From a virus (taxonomy: Duplodnaviria > Heunggongvirae > Uroviricota > Caudoviricetes), in IMG/VR virus record IMGVR_UViG_2645727555_000033: a stretch of 4,166 nucleotides of DNA. One strand, 5' to 3'. Positions 4,105-4,166 of the stretch are shown piece after piece. A program made the position numbers and the translations under genes. A model generated the notes under the pieces. It was not told where the DNA came from, did not search any database, and was given only the letters and a program-made list of their open reading frames with translations. Numbering within the stretch: the stretch's first letter is position 1; each line of letters starts with the position of its first letter.

Positions 4105-4166
4105 AAAGCGCACCGAACTTAAAAAAACAGCCTTACGACAAGATGACCGAAGTCATTATTTTTGCG
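4101..4166 (+). CDS. 5' fragment of a further operon gene (continues beyond the window)
   Basis: ATG at 4101 coupled to the upstream stop; translation MKSAPNLKKQPYDKMTEVIIFA reaches the window end without a stop. Confidence 0.4.
   Translation, partial: MKSAPNLKKQPYDKMTEVIIFA

Larger units (their letters stand above)
1..4166. mobile_element. Partial integrative element (P4-like satellite / PICI-like island / cryptic prophage), integrase-proximal end
   Basis: A P4-family integrase is followed in the same orientation by an AlpA-family regulator and then by a dense operon of small overlapping ORFs. This int-alpA-small-gene layout is typical of enterobacterial satellites and islands. No att repeat or tRNA is visible because the window begins at the integrase start codon. 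Confidence 0.6.

Noticed and set aside
2977-4113. Minus-strand track ORFs antisense to the operon (2977-3162, 3023-3277, 3093-3461, 3506-3688, 3561-3860, 3826-4113)
   Set aside because: They are low-complexity or hydrophobic translations without ribosome-binding sites, whereas the plus-strand frames have consistent G-rich ribosome-binding sites and coupled stop/start junctions.
1-4166. CRISPR array, tRNA/rRNA genes, transposase or insertion-sequence ends
   Set aside because: No regularly spaced direct repeats, no cloverleaf-like tRNA candidates noticed by eye, no terminal inverted repeats flanking an ORF. The att site and any target tRNA must lie upstream of position 1.

Overview
This window looks like the integrase-proximal end of an integrative mobile element (P4-like satellite, PICI-like island or cryptic prophage) with mid-range GC content. 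The att site and the element boundary lie to the left of position 1 and are not visible. Left to right: (1) a complete P4-family tyrosine integrase (1-1230, +); (2) an AT-rich, repeat-dense intergenic region; (3) an AlpA/Vis-family regulator with a GTG start (1595-1783, +); (4) a region with no convincing protein gene that carries a candidate small RNA on the minus strand (about 1932-2000); (5) a two-ORF cassette on the opposite strand (2157-2504, -) with its own intrinsic terminator; (6) a switch-like regulatory region (2573-2704) with a consensus -35 box, four TGTAAT/ATTACA half-sites and a hairpin showing a Shine-Dalgarno copy in its loop; (7) a tightly packed plus-strand operon of seven small ORFs (2709 to the window end) whose products I cannot assign to any family from sequence alone. 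The most concrete oddity is a G9 homopolymer at the junction of the third and fourth ORFs, where loss of one G fuses the two genes. No tRNA, rRNA, CRISPR array or transposase was seen. Family calls rest on motif recognition by eye; no database search was run. All promoter, terminator and RNA calls are sequence-pattern inferences.
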